A DNA stretch of 64,000 bases from an uncultured Candidatus Saccharibacteria bacterium (GCA_964412585.1 CAYPPJ010000004.1:9825-73824), one strand, 5' to 3'. Positions 39,389 through 50,142 are shown, numbered from the stretch's first letter. Notes: generated by a model from the sequence alone, not told the origin. A program made the numbers and translations.

Positions 39389-40483
39389 CTAGATTAGATC
39401 AAGCTCTGCAAAAATACGTTCGCTCACCTTATCATTCCAGAGAGGAATATGGCGGTTTTTGAAATCTGTCCTTTCGAGGTGAAGGATGAGCTCCGCAATG
39501 TCCTCCGGATTGAGGCTATCAATAGGAAACAGTTTATTCGAGCCGAGCACCAATGTTATTGGGCGTTCAGTGTTATCGCGCAATGTTGCACACGGAATAC
39601 CAAGATGACTTGTCTCCTCCTGTATACCTCCCGAATCAGTCACGATGCCACTACTTTCGAGGATGAGCTTCATAAATTCAAAATACCCTAGTGGTTCGAC
39701 CACCCGAACAGAGTCGAGTAAATGGTCAAGACCAAATTCATGTATCTTTTTCTTTGTACCTGGATGTACAGGAAACACGATCGTCTGCTTCTTTGACAAT
39801 GAATGTAATACCGAGAGTAGCTTGCTCAGTATTTCAGGGTTATCAGTATTTTCGACCCGATGAATGGTCGAAACAATGTACGACTTTTCCTTCAGTCCCA
39901 GAGTTGAAAGAATATCTGATGTCTGAATATGATCAAAATACTTTTCAATACTTTCAATCATTATATTACCGACATATTTTATTTTTTCTTCCGCTATTCC
40001 CTCCTGCAGAAGATTGGCATTTGCCGCCGGCTCGGTCGTAAATAGAAAATCTGAAAGATGGTCGACAATCGCCCGATTGATCTCCTCAGGCATGCGACGA
40101 TCATGACTGCGAAGCCCCGACTCGACATGGATAAGCTTCGTGGTTTTTACCGCAGCAACCGCCCCTGCCAAAGTTGAGTTGATATCCCCGAAGACAATGA
40201 CTCCATCGTATTTCTTTTTTGAAAAAATATCTTTGAGCGCACTGAACATCTTCCCTATTTTTTCCGTATGGAACTGGCCGCGGATATCGAGCTGTATATC
40301 CGGGCGAGGTATCGACATGGCGTCAAAAAAAACTTTCGACATCGAATCATCAAAATGTTGCCCCGTATGAATCAAGGTAAATTCATATTCAGGATGCTTT
40401 TTTGCCTCCTTGAAAAAGGGTGCTGCCTTTACGAAATTTGGCCGAGCCCCAAGTACGACTGCGTATTTTTTCTTATTTGCCAT
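39389..40483 (-). CDS. wecB: Non-hydrolysing UDP-GlcNAc 2-epimerase
   Basis: GARPNFVK, HTGQH, GDINST, HVESGLRS, MPEEINR, TDSGGIQEE, RDNTERP. Confidence 0.95.
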   Translation of the reverse strand: MANKKKYAVVLGARPNFVKAAPFFKEAKKHPEYEFTLIHTGQHFDDSMSKVFFDAMSIPRPDIQLDIRGQFHTEKIGKMFSALKDIFSKKKYDGVIVFGDINSTLAGAVAAVKTTKLIHVESGLRSHDRRMPEEINRAIVDHLSDFLFTTEPAANANLLQEGIAEEKIKYVGNIMIESIEKYFDHIQTSDILSTLGLKEKSYIVSTIHRVENTDNPEILSKLLSVLHSLSKKQTIVFPVHPGTKKKIHEFGLDHLLDSVRVVEPLGYFEFMKLILESSGIVTDSGGIQEETSHLGIPCATLRDNTERPITLVLGSNKLFPIDSLNPEDIAELILHLERTDFKNRHIPLWNDKVSERIFAELDLI

Positions 40484-41426
40484 AATACGACCTCATCCAG
40501 TCAATCGTTTTCTTGACTCCATCTTCGAGCGATACCGACATCGTATGCTTGAGATGGTCGACCGCTTTCGAAATATCAACCTTCTTTGATTTTGTGGTCA
40601 GCACTTCAGAATCTTTGTATTCGATGAGTTTCTTGTCGGCTCCGGTATAGTCCCAAATAATTTTGGCCAACGTCTCAATATCATGATATTCATTGCCACC
40701 GATATTGTAGACCTCACCTGGTTTGAAATTATCAACAATATTCGTAAGCGTTCGGCAGGTATCCTCGAGATAGGTAGAGGTGCGATAGTGCCCTTTGTAC
40801 ACCGTAATCGGTATACCATGAAGCGCGTGGTAGCAGAACTTGGCATTGACACTACGATATGGGTGATACCATTCGCCGGGACCATACGTATTGAAGAGGC
40901 GAACAATGACTGATTTGGTGCCATTCTTTATGGCAGAGTTCCTGATCTGCATCTCATTGACCCATTTTGACATGGCATAATCATTCATCTGCTTGATCTC
41001 AACCTTGTCCATCACCGACTCGATCATTACTCCTTCATAGTCACCATAGACCTCTGATGATGAAAAATGAATCAGGCCAAAGCCCAACTTCTCTTGAAGG
41101 CGAATAATGTGTTTGGTTCCAATCGCGTTTGAGCGCCAGACTTGTTCATAATAATCTTCGCCATTCCATCTACCAAACTCGGCTGCAGTGTGATACACAA
41201 AATCAAACGGTCCAGCTTCCTCAAAGACACGCTCAAGTTGGCGGAAGTCACCTACGTCACAACGAGAGTAATAAAAATCACTCTTTGACATCTGATGCTC
41301 CCAGCCAATCTCTCCAACTGCGTGAGTTAGGTCGATACCAAATACTGAATGACCTTTCTTGGTGAGCATTGGTACCAAGTATGAACCAACGACCCCCCTG
41401 CTTCCTGTGACTAGAATTCTCGCCAT
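40473..41426 (-). CDS. NAD-dependent epimerase/dehydratase
   Basis: VTGSRGVVG, SSSEVYG, YAMSK, RLFNTYGPGE. Confidence 0.9.
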   Translation of the reverse strand: MARILVTGSRGVVGSYLVPMLTKKGHSVFGIDLTHAVGEIGWEHQMSKSDFYYSRCDVGDFRQLERVFEEAGPFDFVYHTAAEFGRWNGEDYYEQVWRSNAIGTKHIIRLQEKLGFGLIHFSSSEVYGDYEGVMIESVMDKVEIKQMNDYAMSKWVNEMQIRNSAIKNGTKSVIVRLFNTYGPGEWYHPYRSVNAKFCYHALHGIPITVYKGHYRTSTYLEDTCRTLTNIVDNFKPGEVYNIGGNEYHDIETLAKIIWDYTGADKKLIEYKDSEVLTTKSKKVDISKAVDHLKHTMSVSLEDGVKKTIDWMRSYYGK

Positions 41427-41427
41427 A

Positions 41428-42009
41428 TTATAAAAACTTTATAGCGTCTATTAATTGAATAGCTGGATCGACATCTATCTTGTCATGTCTCTTTGCATTG
41501 CTCATCATATAATCACGCACAACTACTTTGTACCCGAGTTTTTCCAACTCTTCAGGCTCCCAACCGCATCGATGAGTTTGGTATGTATGGCCACCGTGTC
41601 CCTGTATATCCAAATTTTGTGGAATATATCCTTTTGGCGTTTCCAAAATGACCCCCTTGCGAGCAATCTTTTCACACTGAGCGATCATGTCGAGCGACTC
41701 CTGTTTTTCCAGGTGCTCAATAATATCCAACGCAATGACGAGGTCGAAGCTCTTTGGTACAAATATCTCATTGAGCTTACGTACGTCATACTTGATAACT
41801 GCATAAGGGACCTCGGCTTCTATGTGATCAAAATATTTGTCATAAATGTCAACACCGACACGAATCTGTGCCGGAATAAATTTTGATTTGAGAGAAAGAC
41901 CACAGGCGACATCTAAAATCGAGATAATTTCACCATTTTTCCATGGCCACAGACCAGCTTTACCAAAAATAGTCGGTAATGTGTTTGCAATCCAATCTGC
42001 TTTAGGCAT
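41428..42009 (-). CDS. Class I SAM-dependent methyltransferase
   Basis: ILDVACG, SFDLVIALDIIEHL, ETP; ATG at 42009. Confidence 0.82.
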   Translation of the reverse strand: MPKADWIANTLPTIFGKAGLWPWKNGEIISILDVACGLSLKSKFIPAQIRVGVDIYDKYFDHIEAEVPYAVIKYDVRKLNEIFVPKSFDLVIALDIIEHLEKQESLDMIAQCEKIARKGVILETPKGYIPQNLDIQGHGGHTYQTHRCGWEPEELEKLGYKVVVRDYMMSNAKRHDKIDVDPAIQLIDAIKFL

Positions 42010-42078
42010 AGTGATATCAATGCTATCATAATCCAAAATAATTGGAAATGGCTTTTAAGTATATACAGGAGCTACGAA

Positions 42079-43239
42079 TCATGCCTTAATCACTTGGCCA
42101 CGTAAACCACTAAATGCCCTGAACACGTCCTCCACACTCGTACTATCAAGAGCTTCCCGAGAAAGAGTGGCGGCCCCAGCTTTTTCAAAGGCAAATATTG
42201 TCGGGGCAACACTTCCCTTTGGCTTTACAATAATACTCATACCATCCCGTGGGGCCTGTTCATCTGGATGCACGGGGCCAATAATATCGATAAGTGGCAC
42301 ACCCAATGCATGTGCCATGTGCATAGGTCCAGTGTCCCCGCTTATAAAGAAACTAAAACGCTTGATGAGCGATGGAAGATCCTCTAAAGAAAAATCAGTC
42401 GCCTGAATACAGGATGGCCTGTAGCTTTCATTGAAACCTGCTATCAGGCGTGATATTCGAGCACTATCTCGCGACGATCCAATAAACACAATCTTCGCTT
42501 TATATTCATCAATAATCCGTGAAGCTAGCTCTGAAAATTTATCATCACCCCATTCTTTTATTGCATTTCCTGCGGTAACGCTGATGCCTACGATAGTGTC
42601 AGTGGAAGAAAGGGCCTGCGAGCTCATGAACATTTCCGCCTTTCGTTCGCCATCAGGACTGGTAAATACCTCTTTTGCTGTGTCGGATGAAGTGATGCCT
42701 GCATACTTCAACATATTCAAATACACCTGTGGTAGATATGAGTGGTCTTTATACACAAGCTGATTAGCGACCATCCAGTCGGTCAGCGACTCAGTCAGTG
42801 GTCGATCAGGGCGAGTGATTTTCACACGACGCGGTATCATTCCCCACACGGCAATCAATGTACTCAATGACGTCCCTGAAAAACTAACGCACCAATCAAA
42901 CCGTTCCGTGCGTATTTTCTTGGCCAATTGAAAAAAACTATAATCTTCAAACTGAATAATTTCATCCACGTACGGATTGTGCGCCATGAGTGATGACGTC
43001 ATAACTGAGACGAATACTGCGATGTGACTGTTCGGATAAGCCTTTTTTATCGCCCGAAATACAGGCGTCGTACAAATAACATCACCAATACGAGTCAGCT
43101 GAGGAATTAACAAAAAACGAGGCGCATCTCCTGCTCGACTCTTATTCAATATTCGCATCAAAAATAAAATGGGCACCGCCACATATGACAGCACTATCAT
43201 GGCGATTATAAAGAATCTCTTCTGTAGTTTCTTATTCAT
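42079..43239 (-). CDS. Glycosyltransferase family 9 (heptosyltransferase-like)
   Basis: RIGDVICTTP, NPYVD, KEW, GDTGPMHMAHALGVP. Confidence 0.9.
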   Translation of the reverse strand: MNKKLQKRFFIIAMIVLSYVAVPILFLMRILNKSRAGDAPRFLLIPQLTRIGDVICTTPVFRAIKKAYPNSHIAVFVSVMTSSLMAHNPYVDEIIQFEDYSFFQLAKKIRTERFDWCVSFSGTSLSTLIAVWGMIPRRVKITRPDRPLTESLTDWMVANQLVYKDHSYLPQVYLNMLKYAGITSSDTAKEVFTSPDGERKAEMFMSSQALSSTDTIVGISVTAGNAIKEWGDDKFSELASRIIDEYKAKIVFIGSSRDSARISRLIAGFNESYRPSCIQATDFSLEDLPSLIKRFSFFISGDTGPMHMAHALGVPLIDIIGPVHPDEQAPRDGMSIIVKPKGSVAPTIFAFEKAGAATLSREALDSTSVEDVFRAFSGLRGQVIKA

Positions 43240-44395
43240 TGAACAGTGTGATTATCTTGCGCGCACGCTCTCCCCACGTATACTGTTGAACATCCTTCCG
43301 CGCCTGTTCTGCCAACACATCACCATCAATACGCTTGTGCACAATATTCTCAATACCCACAGCCATATCTCGTGGGTCATCAGGTGTTACTAGAACCGAG
43401 TTTGTATCATTCAAAATCTCCTGTATCGATGGTATTCGTGATGCCACGATTGGTCTGCCTGCGGCCATGTATTCAAATAACTTCATAGGTGAGGTGTAAT
43501 AGAGAGAAACCTTCTGCTTTCCCGTGTTTGGCAATACGAGAACATCGGCAGCCTTGAGCCATGTGACCACTTCATCGTGGGGACGCGGACCAATAAATGT
43601 AATCCGTGAGTCGCCCGCTTGAGTAACCTCCGATTTCATTCGTTCCACATCATGAGTCGCTCCGCCAACAATATACAAAGACATATCCTCGCTCATATAC
43701 TCGACTGAGCGTACGAGTGTATCGACCCCTTTCCAGCCAAAAAGTTGACCCGTATAGACCACCATATGTCCCGGCAAGGTGAGACCAAGCGTGGCACGTG
43801 CTTGTGACTTTGAAATATCCTGACTGAATTTCTGTACATCCGTACCATTCGGCCAATATACGATTTTGTTAGAGCCAATACGGTACGTCTTTCCCAGCTC
43901 TGCAATCTTCCATTTTGTCTGTACCGCAAAACCAAAACATTTTTTCATCAGTCGCTGATACATAAAATTGTTTCCTGGGAAATGATGAACATCGTAAAAA
44001 ATGCGCGAGCCGACAAAACTGGAGGCATACAGGGGCATGTAGTCATGCGAAATAAATATTGCCGAGGCTCGCTCTGTCTTGGTATATGTTTTTAGTACAA
44101 AAAAGTATGATAGAAATGAAAATGAAAAAATCTGTATCAAGAAGGTCAATCGTTCAATCTGCGGAATAAAAAATAGGCCAAGGAAATCTATGCACGGCAC
44201 CGTCCGAACTGTAAAATTCTTCTTAATACCGTAGTAAGAAAATAAGTCTTTTCCAGGCCTCCTCCACAAACGTGGAATGACGAGATCAACTTGGTATCCC
44301 TCATCGGCAAAAGCTTCACACAGTTTTACCGTCGACAGACCGTGAGCCTTTTCGGTTGGAAAACGCGTATTGCAGATGTATATGATTTTTTTCAT
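43232..44395 (-). CDS. Glycosyltransferase family 4
   Basis: RFPTEKAHG, PNG, WKGVD, SPMKLFEYMAAGRPIVAS. Confidence 0.92.
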   Translation of the reverse strand: MKKIIYICNTRFPTEKAHGLSTVKLCEAFADEGYQVDLVIPRLWRRPGKDLFSYYGIKKNFTVRTVPCIDFLGLFFIPQIERLTFLIQIFSFSFLSYFFVLKTYTKTERASAIFISHDYMPLYASSFVGSRIFYDVHHFPGNNFMYQRLMKKCFGFAVQTKWKIAELGKTYRIGSNKIVYWPNGTDVQKFSQDISKSQARATLGLTLPGHMVVYTGQLFGWKGVDTLVRSVEYMSEDMSLYIVGGATHDVERMKSEVTQAGDSRITFIGPRPHDEVVTWLKAADVLVLPNTGKQKVSLYYTSPMKLFEYMAAGRPIVASRIPSIQEILNDTNSVLVTPDDPRDMAVGIENIVHKRIDGDVLAEQARKDVQQYTWGERARKIITLFNE

Positions 44396-44396
44396 C

Positions 44397-44993
44397 CTAT
44401 TTCACCGCGTACAGATAATACCCTGAAGTTGTCACGCGAGCCTCGGTCTTGAGCACCTTATCCAAAAATCCAGCTACGGGGTCAATAATCCATCGGAGCT
44501 TGTGTTGGAATGGGAAAAAGAATAATAATGCCTTGAAGTAGCCTCCGCGCTTTACCAATTCGACATTATGCATACCTTTACACAAAAGGAGTAAGGTATC
44601 ATCGAAAAATCTCCAGTAATCAGGATATGAGCCTTTACGGGCATGATAGGGATAGATCGAAGGAACATAGATAAACAACTTCCCACCCGGCTTCAGAATC
44701 CTGCGAAGTTCAGCCATGGCTTTCCAGGGATTTTCAATATGTTCGAGTACTGAATGGCAAATGATGCCATCAATACTACTATCGGCAAGTGGTATTGCAT
44801 GAATGTCGCCGACAACATCAGCCCCCGTCGAAGCATCATAATCCATGGTCTTGTAGTTACACTGTGCGAACAAATGTTTGTACGGGGCCAGCCACTTCTG
44901 GAATCTTTCGCCACCGCCAATATCAAGCACCGTATGACAACGGCTGATATCCTTGACTTTGTCCTCGATGAATTTTTCGTATGATGCCGTCAT
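44397..44993 (-). CDS. Methyltransferase type 11
   Basis: VLDIGGG, VLEHI, RILKPGG, DYWRF. Confidence 0.88.
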   Translation of the reverse strand: MTASYEKFIEDKVKDISRCHTVLDIGGGERFQKWLAPYKHLFAQCNYKTMDYDASTGADVVGDIHAIPLADSSIDGIICHSVLEHIENPWKAMAELRRILKPGGKLFIYVPSIYPYHARKGSYPDYWRFFDDTLLLLCKGMHNVELVKRGGYFKALLFFFPFQHKLRWIIDPVAGFLDKVLKTEARVTTSGYYLYAVK

Positions 44994-45015
44994 GATTGTA
45001 GATTATAGTACCATA

Positions 45016-46068
45016 TTATTTTCTAGTGACGACTGCTTCGCGTATGACGGTCATAAGTCGCGATACGAGCACAGTGAGACTATGATTGTTCATAACATAT
45101 GAACGGAGATACGTGCCGACTGACTTTTTTTCTTCAACACTCATATTCATCACTTTTTTTAATGCCTTTGCCAAGCTTGCACCGTCGGTAAATGTATATG
45201 CACCCTCTGACACATCATTCACCATACTCTTATTGCGGACAGCAACAAGAGTCCCGCATGCCATCGCCTCAAATATTGTCTTATCTGCACTACCCTCCGG
45301 CGTCGCATTTGCATATACTTCATGGGACTGATAATACGCAGGAACCTCGTCATGCCTGACGGCAGGCTCAAAACTGACACTCGAAGAAATGCCCGCGTCA
45401 TTAACCAAACGTTTGAGACGCTCATGATATCCGTAGGCATCGGGAGTCGGATCGCCCACGATCGTCACCTGAACTTCAGCATCTCCCTTTGAAAGGGCTG
45501 CGACACCCACAATGATATCCTCAATCTTTTTCACGGGAGAAATTCGTCCGAGGCACACTATGCTATTCTCTTGTTTCTTTAGAGATGGGTTTGGTGAGAA
45601 TAATTCCGTATCAATACCCACTGGCATGAGCGATGTCTTTGCAAACTTCGCCGTAAATGACTGCGGTGAGGTACAAAATACCCTGCGTGAAAGGGCTACA
45701 GCTATTCGGGTAAGCATATTTCCACGGGCATGATTGCGCCACATAAATACCGGTTTTCCGAGCAATTTCCAGAGGATCCCACCAAGTAACACATACTCCT
45801 GGTTCATGTGGACAAAGACTACATCATAGTTTTTTCGTTCGGACCAAATAGATGCATACAACCGAGTAATATACTGTGCTCGCGATATACGCTCTTCCTT
45901 ACCGAGTGAAATCACTTTTACATTGGCGGGCAGTTCGTAAGCACCTTTTTCAAGACACAGAGCTACGATAGACTCTGCATGTTTTGCGAATTCAACAATC
46001 CATCCATGAAAGAAGCCGAGAACTGGGTCGTTCTTGTCCACCTTCTGGGTGATGATGAGTAATCTCAT
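45016..46068 (-). CDS. Glycosyltransferase family 4
   Basis: TQKVDKNDPVLGFFHGW, GRISPVK, DKTIFEAMACG. Confidence 0.9.
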   Translation of the reverse strand: MRLLIITQKVDKNDPVLGFFHGWIVEFAKHAESIVALCLEKGAYELPANVKVISLGKEERISRAQYITRLYASIWSERKNYDVVFVHMNQEYVLLGGILWKLLGKPVFMWRNHARGNMLTRIAVALSRRVFCTSPQSFTAKFAKTSLMPVGIDTELFSPNPSLKKQENSIVCLGRISPVKKIEDIIVGVAALSKGDAEVQVTIVGDPTPDAYGYHERLKRLVNDAGISSSVSFEPAVRHDEVPAYYQSHEVYANATPEGSADKTIFEAMACGTLVAVRNKSMVNDVSEGAYTFTDGASLAKALKKVMNMSVEEKKSVGTYLRSYVMNNHSLTVLVSRLMTVIREAVVTRK

Positions 46069-46070
46069 AC

Positions 46071-46931
46071 TTATTTTTTCCGTGCGGTCACTGCCGTGCC
46101 ATACACACCTTCCAAGAGATCAAGATCTTTACCTGATGCGAGGAGCAATTCAACATTCTTGTTTCGAATCGCTTCAAGAACTGCCAGGGCTGAAGGATCC
46201 GGGACAGATGCGCGGAACATTTCTATAAACGCCTCGAAATCTTTGATGAAACAATGACCTCCTGCCCCACGGCCTTTTTTGTCGACAGGTTTGAGATATC
46301 GATGCGACATATATGGATCAGCCTTGAATGCGTCACTCAAGACTTCCCACTTCATCTTGAAAGCAGCGGAAATATCGTACAGCATATTAGACTGAACGAC
46401 CTGAACATATCCATTGATATTATGCGCGTATTTTATCAACTCGGCTTCATCAGAAGAACACGTGAGATTATACGGTGCGGCCGGCAATACGCTCAAGATA
46501 CGTGTGGCAGCTTTTTTGTATACTGGAGTCATCTGCGGTAATCCAATAATATTTCTTGGCGGATTCGCCGCATCAAACGCGGCCGTCGCCTCACTCAAAA
46601 ACTCGGGAGAATGAACAATCAGGCGATCGGGAAAAGCCTTTTGCAATAAGCGTGTCCTCCCTACTGGCAATGTTGATTTGATGACCGCAATCTTTTTTTT
46701 ACCAACAAGCGGTAGAACCGCACGTAAAATACTGTCGTCATATCCTTGTGGAGTGGTTGGTGTCGGTACTGCAATAAAAACCAGGTCACACGCTGCAATA
46801 CGTGCCTTATTCTTATTGTATGGAGCCTCAAGGCCGTATCTGACCACCGCATGACCGCGATTTTCAAAATCATCGGCATAATGCTTGCCAATCCAACCCT
46901 GTCCAATAAATCCAATGAGTGGTTTCTTCAT
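46071..46931 (-). CDS. UDP-glucose/GDP-mannose dehydrogenase family protein (short form)
   Basis: GQGWIG, AVPTP, KST, SPEFL, AELIKY, GGHCFIKD; no C-terminal UDP-binding domain. Confidence 0.85.
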   Translation of the reverse strand: MKKPLIGFIGQGWIGKHYADDFENRGHAVVRYGLEAPYNKNKARIAACDLVFIAVPTPTTPQGYDDSILRAVLPLVGKKKIAVIKSTLPVGRTRLLQKAFPDRLIVHSPEFLSEATAAFDAANPPRNIIGLPQMTPVYKKAATRILSVLPAAPYNLTCSSDEAELIKYAHNINGYVQVVQSNMLYDISAAFKMKWEVLSDAFKADPYMSHRYLKPVDKKGRGAGGHCFIKDFEAFIEMFRASVPDPSALAVLEAIRNKNVELLLASGKDLDLLEGVYGTAVTARKK

Positions 46932-47064
46932 AGAGGGACATTATAGCGACAAGTGAGGAACTATGAAAGCTTGCTTTCATAAGGTCCAAACGCAGTCGAT
47001 ATATGAGCAAAGCGATTATAGCCAATCTACGCCTTTTTTCAATGCGATTTTACCGAGAACAGAA

Positions 47065-48189
47065 CTAGTGAAATGCGTCAAATAACGAACCCCCTGAACT
47101 GACGAGGAACAGCAGGATATTCACGATGATAGGAATGGAGATCAAAGACGCACGAGCCACACGTTGGTAGGTACTCGATTTTGAGGAAATATGATCCCGA
47201 ATCTGTGTATATGCATATAACGCCAATGGTATAACCCATATAAACTGGATAAATTGGATGCGCGAAATAAATACAGGCCACAAAAGTACCGGCAGTGTCG
47301 CGATGAATGCGGCAATAACTGCATCAAGGTTTTTCATACCGCGACGCGATCGTATCATGCGAACAATTGCATACAGCACCCCGAGCCAATAGAGTCCGAA
47401 TGTTGAGCCTTCAACAATAAGTGATGTAAACAAAGAATGTGTCGGGGCTCCGCCATACTGTGCGTTGTTTGCGCTGAACCAATCAAGGAATGAGGGTGCA
47501 TGACCGGCGATAGTGGCAAGTAAAACACCATAGAGAACGAGTGCGGGTAGTCCGACAGAAAGTATGTTGGTAATCATCGCCTTGGTTCCCTTTTTTCGAG
47601 AACGCCATACAACAAGCAGACACAACGCGATCAACCCCAGTACGCCAGTCTCCTTGGCTGTAGCTCCAAGGAAACCGATGATAGAGGCCAGGCACAACAA
47701 AAAACGAGAATCTTTTCGAAAGGCAACAAGACCGACGAGGATAGTGACCGCCGACAGGCACCACCCTGAAATATCAGTACCCAGTGCCAAGCCATATTTT
47801 AGAAGCGGATATGCCGTCGCGATCCACGCCGCACCGACAACGGAGTCTGAACTCGAATATTCTAATTCCCTAAAGATACGATATACCGCACCAACAAGAA
47901 CAATGTAGAAAATAACGTTGAGCGCAAAAATCAATCCATAGGGATGAGACGTGTGCAGTATGGTGCCGCCGACAATCGCGTAAAACGGCTTGAACAGACG
48001 CTGCATGATGGTGACATCACCTACAAACGGAGCACCTTGAGTAAATGAGGTAATTTGTGCCGCATATATCGGTGCATCAATACGCGTGTCAAAAAATCCA
48101 TTGACTGAAAAGACCAGCGCCATTACACCAAGACATACCGCGCATAGTATGAACCAGTGTTTATTATTTTTTAAAAAACTGATGTCCAT
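47065..48189 (-). CDS. Multi-pass membrane protein, putative GT-C glycosyltransferase
   Basis: About 10 TMs; luminal D(AP)IY motif and AKE motif. Confidence 0.55.
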   Translation of the reverse strand: MDISFLKNNKHWFILCAVCLGVMALVFSVNGFFDTRIDAPIYAAQITSFTQGAPFVGDVTIMQRLFKPFYAIVGGTILHTSHPYGLIFALNVIFYIVLVGAVYRIFRELEYSSSDSVVGAAWIATAYPLLKYGLALGTDISGWCLSAVTILVGLVAFRKDSRFLLCLASIIGFLGATAKETGVLGLIALCLLVVWRSRKKGTKAMITNILSVGLPALVLYGVLLATIAGHAPSFLDWFSANNAQYGGAPTHSLFTSLIVEGSTFGLYWLGVLYAIVRMIRSRRGMKNLDAVIAAFIATLPVLLWPVFISRIQFIQFIWVIPLALYAYTQIRDHISSKSSTYQRVARASLISIPIIVNILLFLVSSGGSLFDAFH

Positions 48190-48198
48190 AGAGCATGA

Positions 48199-49662
48199 TT
48201 ATTTTTTGCTGGTATGCAATGTGCCTGACTCAAAATAGCTCTTCTCTGTGCCGATAGACTCAATGTCATACTGCTTCCCATCGATAATACTTCGGGCCGC
48301 CAATATGCCCATTTCGAGCGAATGGTCTTGGTTGTTGTATCGGAATCTTCCTGGACGTCCAATGTAGTAGAAATCTGTGAATGTATCGAGGTATTTTTTT
48401 ATGACCGCAAGATATTCTTGATAATGGGTATCATACACTGGATATACGTCTTCCTGCACAATGCGATAACACCTGCGAACTTCATCCTTTGAAATAAACT
48501 GATGGTCGGCCAAATACGCAATCGTTCGATCGAAAAGCTCTTGTTCCGACATGTTCCAGACCTCATCCCCTTTGGTACAAAAGAACTCAATAAAGAGAGA
48601 GGTTTTGCCCTCTGGAGACATCTGCGCGCTAAAGTTCCTCATTTCGCTCATACGGCCGATCGGATTGGTAAATTCAGGAAAATAAATCCACTGATCATCA
48701 GTCACCGTCTTTCTGTTGAGTGTCATGAAGACGTAGACTTGACTGCGATACGTGAGCAGTTTCTGCGCCTCGATAATCGCCTTCGGAGGACGTGGTTCAA
48801 GCAAGTTGATGAACGACTTGAGCGGAACTGACTCGACTAGATTGTTACATACAAACTCAATATCTCCTTCAGGACTACTGCACACTATCGAAGAGACTCG
48901 GCCATTGGTGTGAATAATCTTTTTTGGTTCAGTGGAACACATGATGCGATATCCTTGAGATTCCAGCTTGGCGCGAATAGTTTCGTAGATAAGCCCCGTG
49001 CCTGATTCTGGGTAATAAAATGTATCGACAAGCGTTTTCGGTTTCTTTGAATTTTTGATGCGCGTAAGTGATAGCAACATATCCTTGATGAGCGCCGTGA
49101 CATTGAGCCCCTTGATACGCTGGCCAGCCCAATCTACGTGTATATCCTTTGCTGAAATACCCCAGATTTTTTCGGTGTAGTTGATCATGTTGAACTGGCC
49201 AAGTGACTTGCCGAAATTGGCATAGACATAATCAGCAAAATTCTCTATCGGATGTTTGAAAAGACCGTAGCGAATCTTCGCCATAACATAATCAATTCCC
49301 ATACGGATAGCGCGAAAAAATCCGACGTTCTTGAGCGCCTGAAGCGCGTTGACTGGGTAGTCATAAAATTTTCCTTCAATGTATTGACGCGTCTGGCGCT
49401 TTACCTGGATCCATCGCTCCTGCAAAAGCTCCTGGATGAAATCATACAAATACTGATTTTTTGAGAAGAAACGATGAGGACCATTATCAGTTCGAAATAC
49501 CAATCCATCTTCGTGAAATTCATACGTCTTTGAAAGACCGCCAACCATCGCTTGTTTTTCAATAACAATAAACTCTTTCCCTTTCTTTGAGAGTTCCATG
49601 GCCGTGGCCAAGCCCGCTGGTCCTGCGCCAATAATCAATGTGTCTATGATGATTTTTTTCAT
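48199..49662 (-). CDS. FAD-dependent oxidoreductase (UDP-galactopyranose mutase/protoporphyrinogen oxidase-like)
   Basis: IGAGPAGL, VGGLSKT, DNGPHRFFSK, YPVY, GRPGRFRYNNQDHS. Confidence 0.85.
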   Translation of the reverse strand: MKKIIIDTLIIGAGPAGLATAMELSKKGKEFIVIEKQAMVGGLSKTYEFHEDGLVFRTDNGPHRFFSKNQYLYDFIQELLQERWIQVKRQTRQYIEGKFYDYPVNALQALKNVGFFRAIRMGIDYVMAKIRYGLFKHPIENFADYVYANFGKSLGQFNMINYTEKIWGISAKDIHVDWAGQRIKGLNVTALIKDMLLSLTRIKNSKKPKTLVDTFYYPESGTGLIYETIRAKLESQGYRIMCSTEPKKIIHTNGRVSSIVCSSPEGDIEFVCNNLVESVPLKSFINLLEPRPPKAIIEAQKLLTYRSQVYVFMTLNRKTVTDDQWIYFPEFTNPIGRMSEMRNFSAQMSPEGKTSLFIEFFCTKGDEVWNMSEQELFDRTIAYLADHQFISKDEVRRCYRIVQEDVYPVYDTHYQEYLAVIKKYLDTFTDFYYIGRPGRFRYNNQDHSLEMGILAARSIIDGKQYDIESIGTEKSYFESGTLHTSKK

Positions 49663-49707
49663 AACGTAGAGTTTCACCAGTATATCGCACTCATTCGGAT
49701 TAGGATA

Positions 49708-50142
49708 TCAGGAGGTTTTCCGGTTAAAAATCACCCGGTATACAAAATAGCTTTCAAGAGCAATAAGCAGGCTGGCGATTATCTGACCGATAATGTAATG
49801 CAATCCGAGTCCGTCCACACATACGTACATCAAGAGAGTGTTCAGACCGAGGTTGACCAGTGCCAAGAGCCCAAACCAACTTGCCTGCACATGAATACCC
49901 TCTCTTTCCTTATCCTGAAACGTCCAATATTTCTGCATGATAAAACTTACGCAGACAGCAATAACAAACGCGACAATTGATGAAAACAAATACCAGACAT
50001 GCGCCACATGAGTAAGAATGAACAACACTCCCACATTGACGGCGGCACCAGTTCCTCCAGAAATAAAAAAACGCACCCACTTCATCAGCTGAGGGTATCG
50101 TTGTTCAGTAGTTATATACCAATCGATGATGCGCTGTTTCAT
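49708..50142 (-). CDS. GtrA family protein
   Basis: RFFISGGTGAAVN, SFIMQKYWTF, 4 TMs; ATG at 50142. Confidence 0.88.
   Translation of the reverse strand: MKQRIIDWYITTEQRYPQLMKWVRFFISGGTGAAVNVGVLFILTHVAHVWYLFSSIVAFVIAVCVSFIMQKYWTFQDKEREGIHVQASWFGLLALVNLGLNTLLMYVCVDGLGLHYIIGQIIASLLIALESYFVYRVIFNRKTS

Noticed and set aside
46962-46989. Hairpin TATGAAAGC/GCTTTCATA and 11-mer ATAAGGTCCAA shared with 1157-1167
   Set aside because: An 11-mer match is expected by chance and the surrounding structures differ.
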